Virus record (IMG/VR): IMGVR_UViG_3300031953_000087
Location: 1 to 26,617 of that record
DNA length: 26,617 bases
From: a virus
Taxonomy: Duplodnaviria > Caudoviricetes
Reading direction: 5' to 3' (one strand)
The notes below the pieces were generated by a model that saw nothing but the letters and a program-made list of their open reading frames with translations, searched no databases and was not told the origin of the DNA. Shown here one piece after another: positions 8,813 through 17,692 of this stretch; position 1 is the stretch's first letter; the number at the start of each line of letters is the position of its first letter. The translations under genes were made by a program, and so were the position numbers.

Positions 8813-9193
8813 ATGGGCCTGCGCCAGCAAGCCGAGGCCGATCTCGCGTATATCCTAGAGGACAGCGAGGGCGGTTTCGGCTACCCCATAACCCTGACGG
8901 ATCCGTCGGGGCTAACCGATACGTTTACCGGTTTCTCCGATGACATCGCGCAGGTCATAGACCCCGATACGGGGACAGCGGTAAGCGGTCGCCTGGCATC
9001 CGTAGCGCTGCGAATTTCCAGCCTGTACGCTGCCGGCTTTAAGTTACCGAAAGGCATCGCCGACACCGGCTCGAAACCGTGGATCGTGGGATTCGACGAC
9101 ATCAATGGCCTGCCGTACACGTTTAAGGTCAGCCAGTCAAATCCGGATCGAGCGGCGGGGATCGTGGTCTGCCTGCTGGAGACCTACCGATGA
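8813..9193 (+). CDS. Putative head-tail joining (head closure) protein
   Basis: 126 aa, beta-rich, in the neck-gene position; tightly coupled to its neighbours. Confidence 0.6.
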   Translation: MGLRQQAEADLAYILEDSEGGFGYPITLTDPSGLTDTFTGFSDDIAQVIDPDTGTAVSGRLASVALRISSLYAAGFKLPKGIADTGSKPWIVGFDDINGLPYTFKVSQSNPDRAAGIVVCLLETYR

Positions 9194-9870
9194 TTAACGA
9201 GCTGATCGACAAGCAAGACAATTTTGAAATAATCCGGGACCAGATCGCAGCGATCCTGGCGACTGAGATCGCAAACCAGCAAACACTCGCGACCGCCGCC
9301 GGAAGGGATCCCGATCTTTGGAAAATCCGCGTATTTACCGAGCGGTCGAACCCGTGGGAGCAATACCAAGGGGTCGAGGACGGCGAGGCAGTAGACGACA
9401 GTCCGTTGGTTAATATCTGTTACGACAATAGCAATTTTGACCCCGGCGCCAGTAACGTCATGGAACGCCAGAAAACCGAGGCCATATTCAACATTGATTG
9501 CTACGGCTACGGCCGCAGCGAAAACGTCGACGGCGGCGGACACAAGGCGGGCGACGAGGAGGCTGCATTCGCCGTACAGCGCGCGCTACGCCTTGTCCGG
9601 AACATCCTAATGGCCGCAGAATACACGTACCTCGGGCTGCGCGGTCTGGTTTGGCAGCGCTGGCCGCAGTCGATCACGATATTCCAACCGCAGATTGACG
9701 GTCGAACAGTTCAGCACATAGTCGCATCGCGGCTAGCTTTTAGGGTAACATTCAACGAGTTCTCGCCGCAGGTTCAGCCCGTGACGCTTGAGCTCGTATC
9801 CATAGACGTGCTGCGGACTGAGGACGGCGAGATCGTCGTCGAGGCAGATTACGACTACACTACGCCATAA
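9190..9870 (+). CDS. Putative tail completion/terminator protein
   Basis: 226 aa immediately upstream of the sheath gene; ATGA overlap; 'IIRDQIAAILA' N-terminal helix. Confidence 0.6.
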   Translation: MINELIDKQDNFEIIRDQIAAILATEIANQQTLATAAGRDPDLWKIRVFTERSNPWEQYQGVEDGEAVDDSPLVNICYDNSNFDPGASNVMERQKTEAIFNIDCYGYGRSENVDGGGHKAGDEEAAFAVQRALRLVRNILMAAEYTYLGLRGLVWQRWPQSITIFQPQIDGRTVQHIVASRLAFRVTFNEFSPQVQPVTLELVSIDVLRTEDGEIVVEADYDYTTP

Positions 9871-9883
9871 AGGGACCACGATC

Positions 9884-11380
9884 ATGGCTATTAGTTCAGC
9901 AGTAGACGCGTCGGCGGTCGCCCGCGTACTCGGAATAAAAACGGCGTTTAAAGATCTGCGCGGGGGCGGCGTGCTGTTCTTGCCGCAGCGGATCGCGCTC
10001 GTCGGCCAAGGCAACACCGCATCGGTGTACGCCCTAACGAAATTTCAAATCACAAGCGCCAGCCAGGCCGGCAACCGGTACGGATTCGGCTCGCCGATCC
10101 ATCTGGCGGCCCGCCAGCTGCTGCCCGTGAACGGCGACGGCGTGGGCACCATCCCCGTGACCGTTTACCCGCTCGAGGACGACGGCAGCGGCGTAGCGGC
10201 CAGCGGCACGATCACGCCCGTCGACGACGCGACCCAGGCCGGCGCCTACATTATCCGAATCAGTGAAACAGACTCCGAGCAGTTCGTAATCGCCGTCGGG
10301 GACACCGTCGCGGACATCACGTTAAAGATCACCACGGCGATTAATGCGGTCCTCGAAATGCCGGTTATTGCAGCCGACAACACGACCGAAGTCACTCTCA
10401 CGGCAAAATGGGCGGGCTTGAGCTCGAACCTTATTGTCGCCTCCGCGGTCACGCCCGAGATCGGGGCCGCAACGATTACGATCGTCCAGCCGACCGGCGG
10501 GCTTATTAACCCGAGCGTTCAGCCTGCGCTTGATCAGGTCGGCGACGTTTGGGAAACGATGTTCCTAAATACCCTTAACTCTGACGACGAAATCGCTCTC
10601 GGCGCGTTTTCGGTTTTCGGCGAGGGCCGATGGGGCGCCTTGACCCGTAAACCGATGATCGCTTTCATGGGCTACACCGGCGCAACCGTGGCCGGCGCGA
10701 TTAGCGTATCCGATACGCGCAAGACCGACCGTACGAACGTCCAGCTTGTTGCCCCGGGTTCTGACGAGCTCCCGCTCGTTGTCGCCGCTCGTCAGCTGGC
10801 GCGGATCGCACCGGTGGCAAACAACAACCCGCCGCGCGACTACGGCAGCCAGTCTGCGACCGGTATCGCACCAGGCACAGACGGCCAGCAATGGAACTAC
10901 CTACAGCGCGACCAGGCAGTCAAGGGCGGGAGCTCGACGATCGAAGTCCGCGACGGCGTGGTCACCCTATCGGACGTGATAACGTTTTTCCATCCGACCG
11001 GCGACCCGATCCCGGCGTACCGGTTTGTTTGCGACATCGTCAAACTGCAGAACATCATTTTTAACATTAACTTGATTTTCGCGACTCCCGAATGGGACGG
11101 CGCTCCGCTAATTCCGGACGATCAACCAACGATCAACCGCGATGCGAAAAAGCCGAAAATGGCGGTCGCTGCGGTCGCTGCTCTGATCGACAGCTTGGGC
11201 CTGAACGCTATAATCAGCGCCCCGGAAGTGGCCAAGGCTAACACCCAGGCCGCGATTAACGAGCAAAACCCGAAACGGCTTGACGTCACTACGACGCTGC
11301 AGATTTCGGGCAACTCGAACATCATTTCGGTAGATCTGAATTTCGGGTTCTACTTTGGCCAGCCGCAGGTCGTGGCGTAA
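9884..11380 (+). CDS. Contractile tail sheath protein (Mu gpL-like)
   Basis: 498 aa; YGFGSPIHL, VTLTAKWAG and C-terminal INEQNPKRLDV motifs of Mu-type sheaths. Confidence 0.92.
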   Translation: MAISSAVDASAVARVLGIKTAFKDLRGGGVLFLPQRIALVGQGNTASVYALTKFQITSASQAGNRYGFGSPIHLAARQLLPVNGDGVGTIPVTVYPLEDDGSGVAASGTITPVDDATQAGAYIIRISETDSEQFVIAVGDTVADITLKITTAINAVLEMPVIAADNTTEVTLTAKWAGLSSNLIVASAVTPEIGAATITIVQPTGGLINPSVQPALDQVGDVWETMFLNTLNSDDEIALGAFSVFGEGRWGALTRKPMIAFMGYTGATVAGAISVSDTRKTDRTNVQLVAPGSDELPLVVAARQLARIAPVANNNPPRDYGSQSATGIAPGTDGQQWNYLQRDQAVKGGSSTIEVRDGVVTLSDVITFFHPTGDPIPAYRFVCDIVKLQNIIFNINLIFATPEWDGAPLIPDDQPTINRDAKKPKMAVAAVAALIDSLGLNAIISAPEVAKANTQAAINEQNPKRLDVTTTLQISGNSNIISVDLNFGFYFGQPQVVA

Positions 11381-11396
11381 TTTAGGGGGATAGAAT

Positions 11397-11780
11397 ATGG
11401 CAGCCGTTGGCGGGTCCATTGAATCAGTAGCACTAGACGGCCGGAGTTTCGGAGTCGCGGCGGATGCCGAGGCACAGCGCAAACTCGGCGGTTTTGAAAA
11501 CGAAGTTATGGCAAACGGGGACGGCAACGCGAGACTGATAAAAACTCGCGTTCCGATGTCTCTCGCGGGCCTGACGGTCGAGGTCGACGACGACCGAGGC
11601 GATCACGAGTTCCTGCAAGAGCTTGCAAACCGCAAGGATTTTTGGCCGATCGCTATCACCTACGCGTCGGGCAAAACTTACCAGGGGCGCGGTCAGATCT
11701 CTGGCGAGCTGCAGACCAGCAGCCAAAACGCCACCGCAGCGTTTGACCTGTCCGGCCCGGGAATCCTGACCGTTCAGTAA
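11397..11780 (+). CDS. Tail tube protein
   Basis: 127 aa directly after the sheath gene; beta-rich; Mu gpM-like size; strong RBS AGGGGG. Confidence 0.8.
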   Translation: MAAVGGSIESVALDGRSFGVAADAEAQRKLGGFENEVMANGDGNARLIKTRVPMSLAGLTVEVDDDRGDHEFLQELANRKDFWPIAITYASGKTYQGRGQISGELQTSSQNATAAFDLSGPGILTVQ

Positions 11781-11801
11781 AGGCAAGAAATGGGGCGAAA
11801 A

Positions 11802-11871
11802 CGTCGCGCGGATGCCCTATTCCCATGCCCGGCCTCGGCCGGGGCGCGACGACCTTTTAAAGAAATAGGGC
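11802..11871 (+). ncRNA. Candidate cis-regulatory RNA pseudoknot covering the chaperone RBS
   Basis: Three perfect helices: 11802-11809/11844-11851 (8 bp), 11828-11833/11838-11843 (6 bp), and the crossing pair 11814-11821/11864-11871 (8 bp). Confidence 0.55.
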
Positions 11872-11878
11872 GATTACC

Positions 11879-12292
11879 ATGTCAGAACCAAAAATTAGTA
11901 AAGAAATGGCCGAGCAGGAGTTCGACCGTTTCCTCGAAGCGATGGACATTGAAGCCGACCCCGTCGATATGGACGAGGACGACAAAAAAGGTTTTAAGCA
12001 GCAGAAATCAAGGCTCGTGGCGGCGATCATGTCCGGCAGTGCGATCATTGACGACCTCGGCCAACCGGTATTCACACCGAAACGCTCCGGCGAAGACGGC
12101 CCGCCGATCACGTTCTACGAGCCGACCGGGGCGTCGATAATGGCAATGGACCGCAAGAAAAAAGCCGAGGACGTCGGCAAACTATACGCGACAATGGCCG
12201 ACATGACCAAACAGCCGGCGAAGCGATTCGCCAGCATGAAATACCCGGATCTGAGGGTCTGCATCGCAGTCACAACGCTTTTTTTGGGATAG
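11879..12292 (+). CDS. Tail assembly chaperone (G-like)
   Basis: 137 aa between tube and tape measure genes; ends at slippery T TTT TTG. Confidence 0.8.
   Translation: MSEPKISKEMAEQEFDRFLEAMDIEADPVDMDEDDKKGFKQQKSRLVAAIMSGSAIIDDLGQPVFTPKRSGEDGPPITFYEPTGASIMAMDRKKKAEDVGKLYATMADMTKQPAKRFASMKYPDLRVCIAVTTLFLG
12280..12286 (+). other. Programmed -1 ribosomal frameshift site TTTTTTG
   Basis: In-phase X XXY YYZ heptamer just before the chaperone stop; the -1 frame is open to 12501. Confidence 0.85.
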
Positions 12293-12501
12293 TCCGGACG
12301 CCGTTAGTGCGCTACGGGGAGGACCGCACGATCGAGAACGGTGAACACCGGCTCGCGGCGGTCTACTCCGAAATGCTGCGCCAGGCATGCCGGGATTATG
12401 CGGGGCTACCAGACGCCCGCACGCTTTTACTATCTGAAATCCGGTTTTTCTACGAGGGGATCCGGGAGGAACTAAAGCAACACACAAGACCCAGGGGGTA
12501 A
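12283..12501 (+). CDS. Tail chaperone frameshift extension (GT-like C-terminal part)
   Basis: The -1 frame reads GIVRTPLVRYGEDR...LPDARTLLLSEIRFFY... and includes the 12307-12501 ORF; it ends just before the tape measure start. Confidence 0.8.
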   Translation, partial: FGIVRTPLVRYGEDRTIENGEHRLAAVYSEMLRQACRDYAGLPDARTLLLSEIRFFYEGIREELKQHTRPRG

Positions 12502-12504
12502 AGC

Positions 12505-14199
12505 ATGGCCGGCCGGTTTTCAGTCGAGGCAGTATTCAGCGCGGTTGACCGTATTACGGCCCCCGTGAGCCGCATGCAAACCCGGATCGGCAGGTTTACC
12601 CGATCCATGTCGCGCGGACTCCGCACGGCGAACCGTGTAGTCGGGAAACTGGTCGGCGGACTTGCGCGCGGCGCTAGAACCGTGGCCAAGTTTGGCGGGG
12701 CCATGCTCGGCCTGGGGGCGGCGGCAACGGTTAGCGCGATCAACAGGACGGCCGACGCGGCGGACGCTTTGGCGAAACAGTCCCGCCGGCTCGACTTTCC
12801 GATCGAAGACCTGCAGGAATTTAAATTCGTGGCCGAACAATCCGGCGTCAGCACGGATCTGCTCGACAGTTCGCTCGGCGCGTTCTCGAAACGTCTCGGG
12901 GAGGCCGCCGGCGGAACCGGCCCGCTCGTGACCGGTCTGAAAAACATCAACCCCGAGTTATTAAAGCAGCTGCAAAGCGCCGACAGTATTTCGGACGCGT
13001 TCTCGCTGTACATTGACGCTATGCGAGACGCTGGAAGCGCGACCGAACGGGCGGCGCTGGCAAACGCGGCGTTTAGCCGGGCAGGTCTCAAACTGGCCAA
13101 CATATCCGACAACAGCGCCGCGTCGATTAAGGCGCTGCGCGAGGAACAACGTCAGAACGGGAATATCACAATGGCCCAGGCAGTCGCCGCCGAGGCCTAT
13201 GGCGACGCCGTGAACACTCTGAAAAAGTCCCTAATTGGTTTAGTTCAACAGGTTTTGCTGCCGATGCTGCCAGCCATTACAAAAACGTTGCTTGGCTGGC
13301 GCGACTGGATCGCGGCAAACCGTGAAATGCTACAAACGCGAATCACTCAATTTATGCTAGAGCTAAAGGACCGCGTTCTCGACGTTGTCGATGCGGTCGT
13401 CGAGTTCAGCAAAAAATACGATCTTGGCGAACGGATCAGCGACACCCTCGACACCCTTGGGCAGTTTGGCCGCTTTTTGGGCGAAAACGGCGTAATGATC
13501 TTGAAGGTGGTCGCCACCGTCGTGGCCCTGTCCTTGGTCCTTAAAACGCTAGCGGTCGTAATGGCCGTGGTGAACGTTGTTATGGCCCTAAACCCGGTCG
13601 GCTTGATCGTCCTCGGCATTGTCGCGCTGATCGCGGCTATTGCTGCAGCGGTTATCTATTGGGACGACATCAAGGCGGCGATCCAGCGGTTCGGCGCGGC
13701 TATCATGGACGAGGTCGCCCCGGCGATTGACTGGCTGAAAGGCGCCGCCGGATCCGTAACCAGCGCATGGTCCGCGATAGGCGATTTTTTCGCGGACCTA
13801 TGGGGCGGAGTGACTAATACATTCGAGTCGGCTTGGGCGAAAATCGAGAGCATTGTAAACAAGATCCGCGGGGCGCTCGATTTTGTGTCGAATTCTGCCG
13901 GGAAAATAAAAGACGCCGCCGGCGGAGCGGTTGACCGAGCGACCGGGGCCGTTTCCGATGCGGCGTCGGGCGTTGCCGGGTTCTTTGGATTTGGAGACGG
14001 CGAGGAGGCCACAGCTACCGCCGGGGGCGGTCGGGGCGGCCAGATGGTCAGCCCGCAGGAAAGGGTCGCCAGGAGCGTCGAGGAGAGCCGTTCGACGTCG
14101 ACGTCCGAGGTCACAATCCGAGACGAAACTGGCCGAGCGGAAGTGACTAGCGGTAGAATGGGCCCGGGGCTTAAATTGCAACCGTCGGGGGCGTTTTAA
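12505..14199 (+). CDS. Tail tape measure protein
   Basis: N-terminal AVDRITAP, Ala/Gly-rich helical sequence, hydrophobic NPVGLIV segment, periodic W/F repeats; 564 aa. Confidence 0.92.
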   Translation: MAGRFSVEAVFSAVDRITAPVSRMQTRIGRFTRSMSRGLRTANRVVGKLVGGLARGARTVAKFGGAMLGLGAAATVSAINRTADAADALAKQSRRLDFPIEDLQEFKFVAEQSGVSTDLLDSSLGAFSKRLGEAAGGTGPLVTGLKNINPELLKQLQSADSISDAFSLYIDAMRDAGSATERAALANAAFSRAGLKLANISDNSAASIKALREEQRQNGNITMAQAVAAEAYGDAVNTLKKSLIGLVQQVLLPMLPAITKTLLGWRDWIAANREMLQTRITQFMLELKDRVLDVVDAVVEFSKKYDLGERISDTLDTLGQFGRFLGENGVMILKVVATVVALSLVLKTLAVVMAVVNVVMALNPVGLIVLGIVALIAAIAAAVIYWDDIKAAIQRFGAAIMDEVAPAIDWLKGAAGSVTSAWSAIGDFFADLWGGVTNTFESAWAKIESIVNKIRGALDFVSNSAGKIKDAAGGAVDRATGAVSDAASGVAGFFGFGDGEEATATAGGGRGGQMVSPQERVARSVEESRSTSTSEVTIRDETGRAEVTSGRMGPGLKLQPSGAF

Positions 14200-15443
14200 T
14201 GGCATGGGATGAAAGAATTCGAGAGGCGGCGTATACGTCGCCAAGCGGCACGCGGATCCGCTTTGATTACGAGGACGTCCGGCGCGAGTTCGACAAGGAC
14301 GGGAGCGCGTTTAACTTCCCGGACGCTGACGGGACGTATATCCAAGATCTGGGGCACTCTGGCCGCCGCTACCCGTTGCGCCTGTTTTTCTGGGGCCCTG
14401 ATTACGACCTAGAAACGGACGCCTTTGAGGCGCTTTTGCTGGAGCGTGGCCAAGGGCGGCTCGAACACCCAATTTATGGCGCCGTTGACGTCGTCCCGTT
14501 CGGCACGGTAACGCGCCGGGACGATTTGAAGACCGCCGCAAACCAGGCCGTAATCGAGCTAACATTCTGGGAAACGATCGGCCTTGTCTACCCGACCCGG
14601 CAAGCCGACCCGGCAAGCCAGGTTCGCCAAGCTGTCGAGGACTACAACGCCGCAGCGGCCGAGGATTTCGCCGACGGCGTATCGGTCGACACGGCCTCGC
14701 AGCGCGTAACCCTAAAAAACACCTACACGAGCCTAATTGATTCCGTACAGACCAGCCTGCAGGCCGTGGCGGACGTTCAGGACGACGTCAGGAAACAATT
14801 CAACGCGATAAACGACTCGATAACCCAAGGGATCGACACGCTAATCGGCCAGCCGCTGGATCTGGCCTTTCAAACGTCTTTGCTAATCCAAGCGCCTGCC
14901 CGAGCCGCGGCGTCGATAGCCGATCGCCTGCAAGCATATGGCGGCCTCGCTAGTTCTATCCTGGCAGGGGACGGCGCGAACACGTCAAACGAGAGCCGGG
15001 CGAATCAGGTCAACAGGTTCAGGGCAGCGGATCTGACCGCGTCAGGAGCCGTCACGGGCTCGATTGTGTCCGTTGTGAATAACCAGTTCAGCCAAAAGAC
15101 AAGCGCGCTAAGGGCCGCCGAGGACGTTCTCGCGCAGTTTGACGCCGTTAACAACTGGAAGGACGACAACCTCGTCGCGCTGGAGCTAATCGACACCGGC
15201 GGCGCGTACCAACGGCTGCAGGAGGCGGTAGCGCTGACGACCGGTTTCCTTGTCGAGATCTCGTTTACGCTTAAACAGGAGCGCCGGATCGTCCTTGACC
15301 GGGCCCGGACGATTATCGACCTGTCGGCCGAGCTATACGGAAGCGTCGACGATCAGCTCGATTTTTTAATCCAGTCGAACAACCTGACCGGGTCCGAAAT
15401 ACTGGAGCTACCAAGGGGCCGAGAAATTGTCTACTACGTCTAG
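14199..15443 (+). CDS. DNA circularization protein family (Mu gpN-like baseplate/tail protein)
   Basis: MAWDERIREAAY, YIQDLG and GRLEHPIYG motifs; follows the tape measure gene by TAATG coupling. Confidence 0.85.
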   Translation: MAWDERIREAAYTSPSGTRIRFDYEDVRREFDKDGSAFNFPDADGTYIQDLGHSGRRYPLRLFFWGPDYDLETDAFEALLLERGQGRLEHPIYGAVDVVPFGTVTRRDDLKTAANQAVIELTFWETIGLVYPTRQADPASQVRQAVEDYNAAAAEDFADGVSVDTASQRVTLKNTYTSLIDSVQTSLQAVADVQDDVRKQFNAINDSITQGIDTLIGQPLDLAFQTSLLIQAPARAAASIADRLQAYGGLASSILAGDGANTSNESRANQVNRFRAADLTASGAVTGSIVSVVNNQFSQKTSALRAAEDVLAQFDAVNNWKDDNLVALELIDTGGAYQRLQEAVALTTGFLVEISFTLKQERRIVLDRARTIIDLSAELYGSVDDQLDFLIQSNNLTGSEILELPRGREIVYYV

Positions 15444-16662
15444 AGTCTTGCGGGGCGACACGTTCGCCAGTATTGCGCGGCGGGTTTACGGAACCGACGC
15501 GGAAGCGAGCTTAATCCGCCGAGCTAACCCGGGCGTTTTTGCGCCGCTTGTCGTCGGCGCGCAGCTAGTCACGCCCCCCGCGCTAGGGGCACCGAAAGAC
15601 CGCCCCCAAGAGGTACCCGCAAAGGCCGAGAACGAGGTCGCGCTATTGGTTGACGGCGAGCGCTTTCGGTTCTGGGATAGCGTCCGCATCACTCGGTCGA
15701 TCGACGCAATGGACACCGCGGAGTTCGGCGGGCCGTTTGACTCAACCGCCCCCGGCATGCGCGACACGTTCCGCCCGTTCAGTTACAAAACGCTCGACAT
15801 TAAGGTCGGGGGCGAACAGCTGTTTGCCGGGACAATGGTCGCGGTCGATCCGGTTATCGCAAACGACAGTATCACGATTGCCGCCAGCGGCTACTCGTTG
15901 CCGGGCGTCCTGAACGACTGCACGCCGCCGGCGGCCTCGTTTCCGCTGGAATTTAATGACCAGACCCTGCAGGGCATTGCGGAGTCGATCGCGGGCGACT
16001 TTGGCCTGGCGGTCGAATTTCCGGACGGCCCGGGCCCGACTTTTGAACGCGTGGCCTGTGAGCCCGGGAAAAAAGCGCTCGCTTTTTTAATCGAATTGGC
16101 GCAGCAACGGAATTTAATCGTCACTAACACCGCCGCCGGGGCCCTCGTATTTTTCCGCCCCGCCCCGGTCGGGATCCCGGTCGCAAAACTCCGGCAGGGC
16201 GCGAGCCCGGTCCTGTCCGTTACGCCGATGTTCAGCCCGCAGCAATATCACAGCCATATAACCGGCATCGAGCCGGTCGTCGTCGGTACCGAGGGCTCGC
16301 AGTTCACGGTCAAGAACCCGCGCCTGCAGGGCGTCGTTCGGCCGATAACCTTTACGGCGCAGGATGTCGAGGGCGGCGACGTTGCCGCTGCGGTCGAGGC
16401 CAAGGCGAGTCGAATGTTCGGGTCGATGGCGTCGTATTCGGTCAGGGTCGCAACATGGCGGGACGCAAACGGCCAGCTTTGGGCCCCTGACACGACGGTA
16501 ACGCTCGAAGCGCCCGACGCAATGGTCTATAGTGGCTACGCTTTTATTATCCGGGCGGTCGCTTTTGATCGCGACAGCACAACCGAAACCGCGACGCTCG
16601 ACCTCGTTATCCCGGGATCGTTTAGCGGCCAACAGCCGGAGGCTCTACCGTGGGAAGTGTAG
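15427..16662 (+). CDS. Baseplate hub protein (Mu gpP-like) with an N-terminal LysM domain
   Basis: GDTFASIARRVYG...IRRANPG (LysM); WDSVRITRSID and WRDANGQLWAP hub motifs; TTG start is tentative. Confidence 0.85.
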   Translation: MSTTSRVLRGDTFASIARRVYGTDAEASLIRRANPGVFAPLVVGAQLVTPPALGAPKDRPQEVPAKAENEVALLVDGERFRFWDSVRITRSIDAMDTAEFGGPFDSTAPGMRDTFRPFSYKTLDIKVGGEQLFAGTMVAVDPVIANDSITIAASGYSLPGVLNDCTPPAASFPLEFNDQTLQGIAESIAGDFGLAVEFPDGPGPTFERVACEPGKKALAFLIELAQQRNLIVTNTAAGALVFFRPAPVGIPVAKLRQGASPVLSVTPMFSPQQYHSHITGIEPVVVGTEGSQFTVKNPRLQGVVRPITFTAQDVEGGDVAAAVEAKASRMFGSMASYSVRVATWRDANGQLWAPDTTVTLEAPDAMVYSGYAFIIRAVAFDRDSTTETATLDLVIPGSFSGQQPEALPWEV

Positions 16663-17240
16663 GTAAACTACTGTCGTTCGTCCGTCGGGTCAGAAACGGC
16701 GCCAACGTGTCCGACACGACCGCCGACCCGGGCGGGGGGCCTAACATTACCGCCGAGCATTTCGCCGCCCCGGGCGACGACAGCCATCCCCTGCCTGGCG
16801 ATTACGTCTTGCTGCTGCCAGTACGGCAAACCGGACGGGCCGCTGCTGCAGGGTATCTGGACCCGAAAAACGAACCGCTGGCGGCCGCAGGCGAGCGCAG
16901 GCTATACGCGCGGGACGGATCCGCCAACGTGATCGCGACGGTCTGGATCAAAAACACCGGCGATGTCGTAATCGAGGGCCCCGCCGCGACTTTTGAAGTC
17001 CTTGCCAGCGGGGCCGTTAAGGCAGACAACGGGGCCGGGTCGTTCGAGCTGCAGCCCGGGGGCGACGTTGTGATTAATAACGTCACGATCACACCCGCCG
17101 GCGACATCACCACGCCGACCAAGATTACAACGCCGTCCGCCGTGGTCAATAACGTTGAGGTCGCAGATCACAACCATACACAAGGCAACGACAGCGCGGG
17201 CAACACCGAGTTCCCTGTCGGGCCGATGCAGGAGCCGTAA
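16650..17240 (+). CDS. Baseplate central spike (gpV / Mu gp45-like)
   Basis: GERRLY motif, short beta-repeats, C-terminal HxH (DHNHT) metal-binding tip. Confidence 0.85.
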   Translation: MGSVGKLLSFVRRVRNGANVSDTTADPGGGPNITAEHFAAPGDDSHPLPGDYVLLLPVRQTGRAAAAGYLDPKNEPLAAAGERRLYARDGSANVIATVWIKNTGDVVIEGPAATFEVLASGAVKADNGAGSFELQPGGDVVINNVTITPAGDITTPTKITTPSAVVNNVEVADHNHTQGNDSAGNTEFPVGPMQEP

Positions 17241-17242
17241 AA

Positions 17243-17692
17243 ATGGCGAGCCAACAGCAGGGCGACGTCCGTCTGTTCCAAACAAACGACGGGGGCGAAA
17301 TACAGGTCGAGGGCGGGACTGTCGCGATGGACGGCGGTCTCGAAACGGCGGTTTACCTGTCGTTATTTGGCGGGAATGAGGGCGACGACGGCCGCCCGGA
17401 CAACCTCGCGACATGGTGGGGCAATGTCGACGAGGAGCTGCCCGAGCGCCAATACCGTAGCGAGACGCAAAACTTGCTGCGGGCCCTGCCGGCGACGTCG
17501 GGCAATCTGCGCCGCATAGAAGACGCTGTAAACCGGGATCTTGCTTGGCTTATCGAGTTAAACGTCGCCTCGTTGCTGTCCGCCGCGGCTAGCGTTATCG
17601 GCTTAAACCGTGTAAAAATAACCATCAATATCGAGGCCGTCGGGCTCCCGTCGCGTTTTGAATTCGTTGAAAACTGGAAGGCGAGCGCATGA
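17243..17692 (+). CDS. Baseplate wedge protein, Mu gp46-like
   Basis: GLETAVYLSLFGG, WWGN and DLAWLI motifs. Confidence 0.85.
   Translation: MASQQQGDVRLFQTNDGGEIQVEGGTVAMDGGLETAVYLSLFGGNEGDDGRPDNLATWWGNVDEELPERQYRSETQNLLRALPATSGNLRRIEDAVNRDLAWLIELNVASLLSAAASVIGLNRVKITINIEAVGLPSRFEFVENWKASA

Noticed and set aside
11802-11871. The intergenic pseudoknot as an HDV-like ribozyme or SAM-II riboswitch
   Set aside because: Helix order is superficially HDV-like, but the L3 consensus, the P1.1 GG and the catalytic C in J4/2 are absent. The SAM-II conserved nucleotides are also missing.
11790-12140. 116-aa + strand ORF spanning the tube-chaperone gap
   Set aside because: It overlaps the chaperone gene out of frame and has an Arg/Ser-rich, non-protein-like composition.
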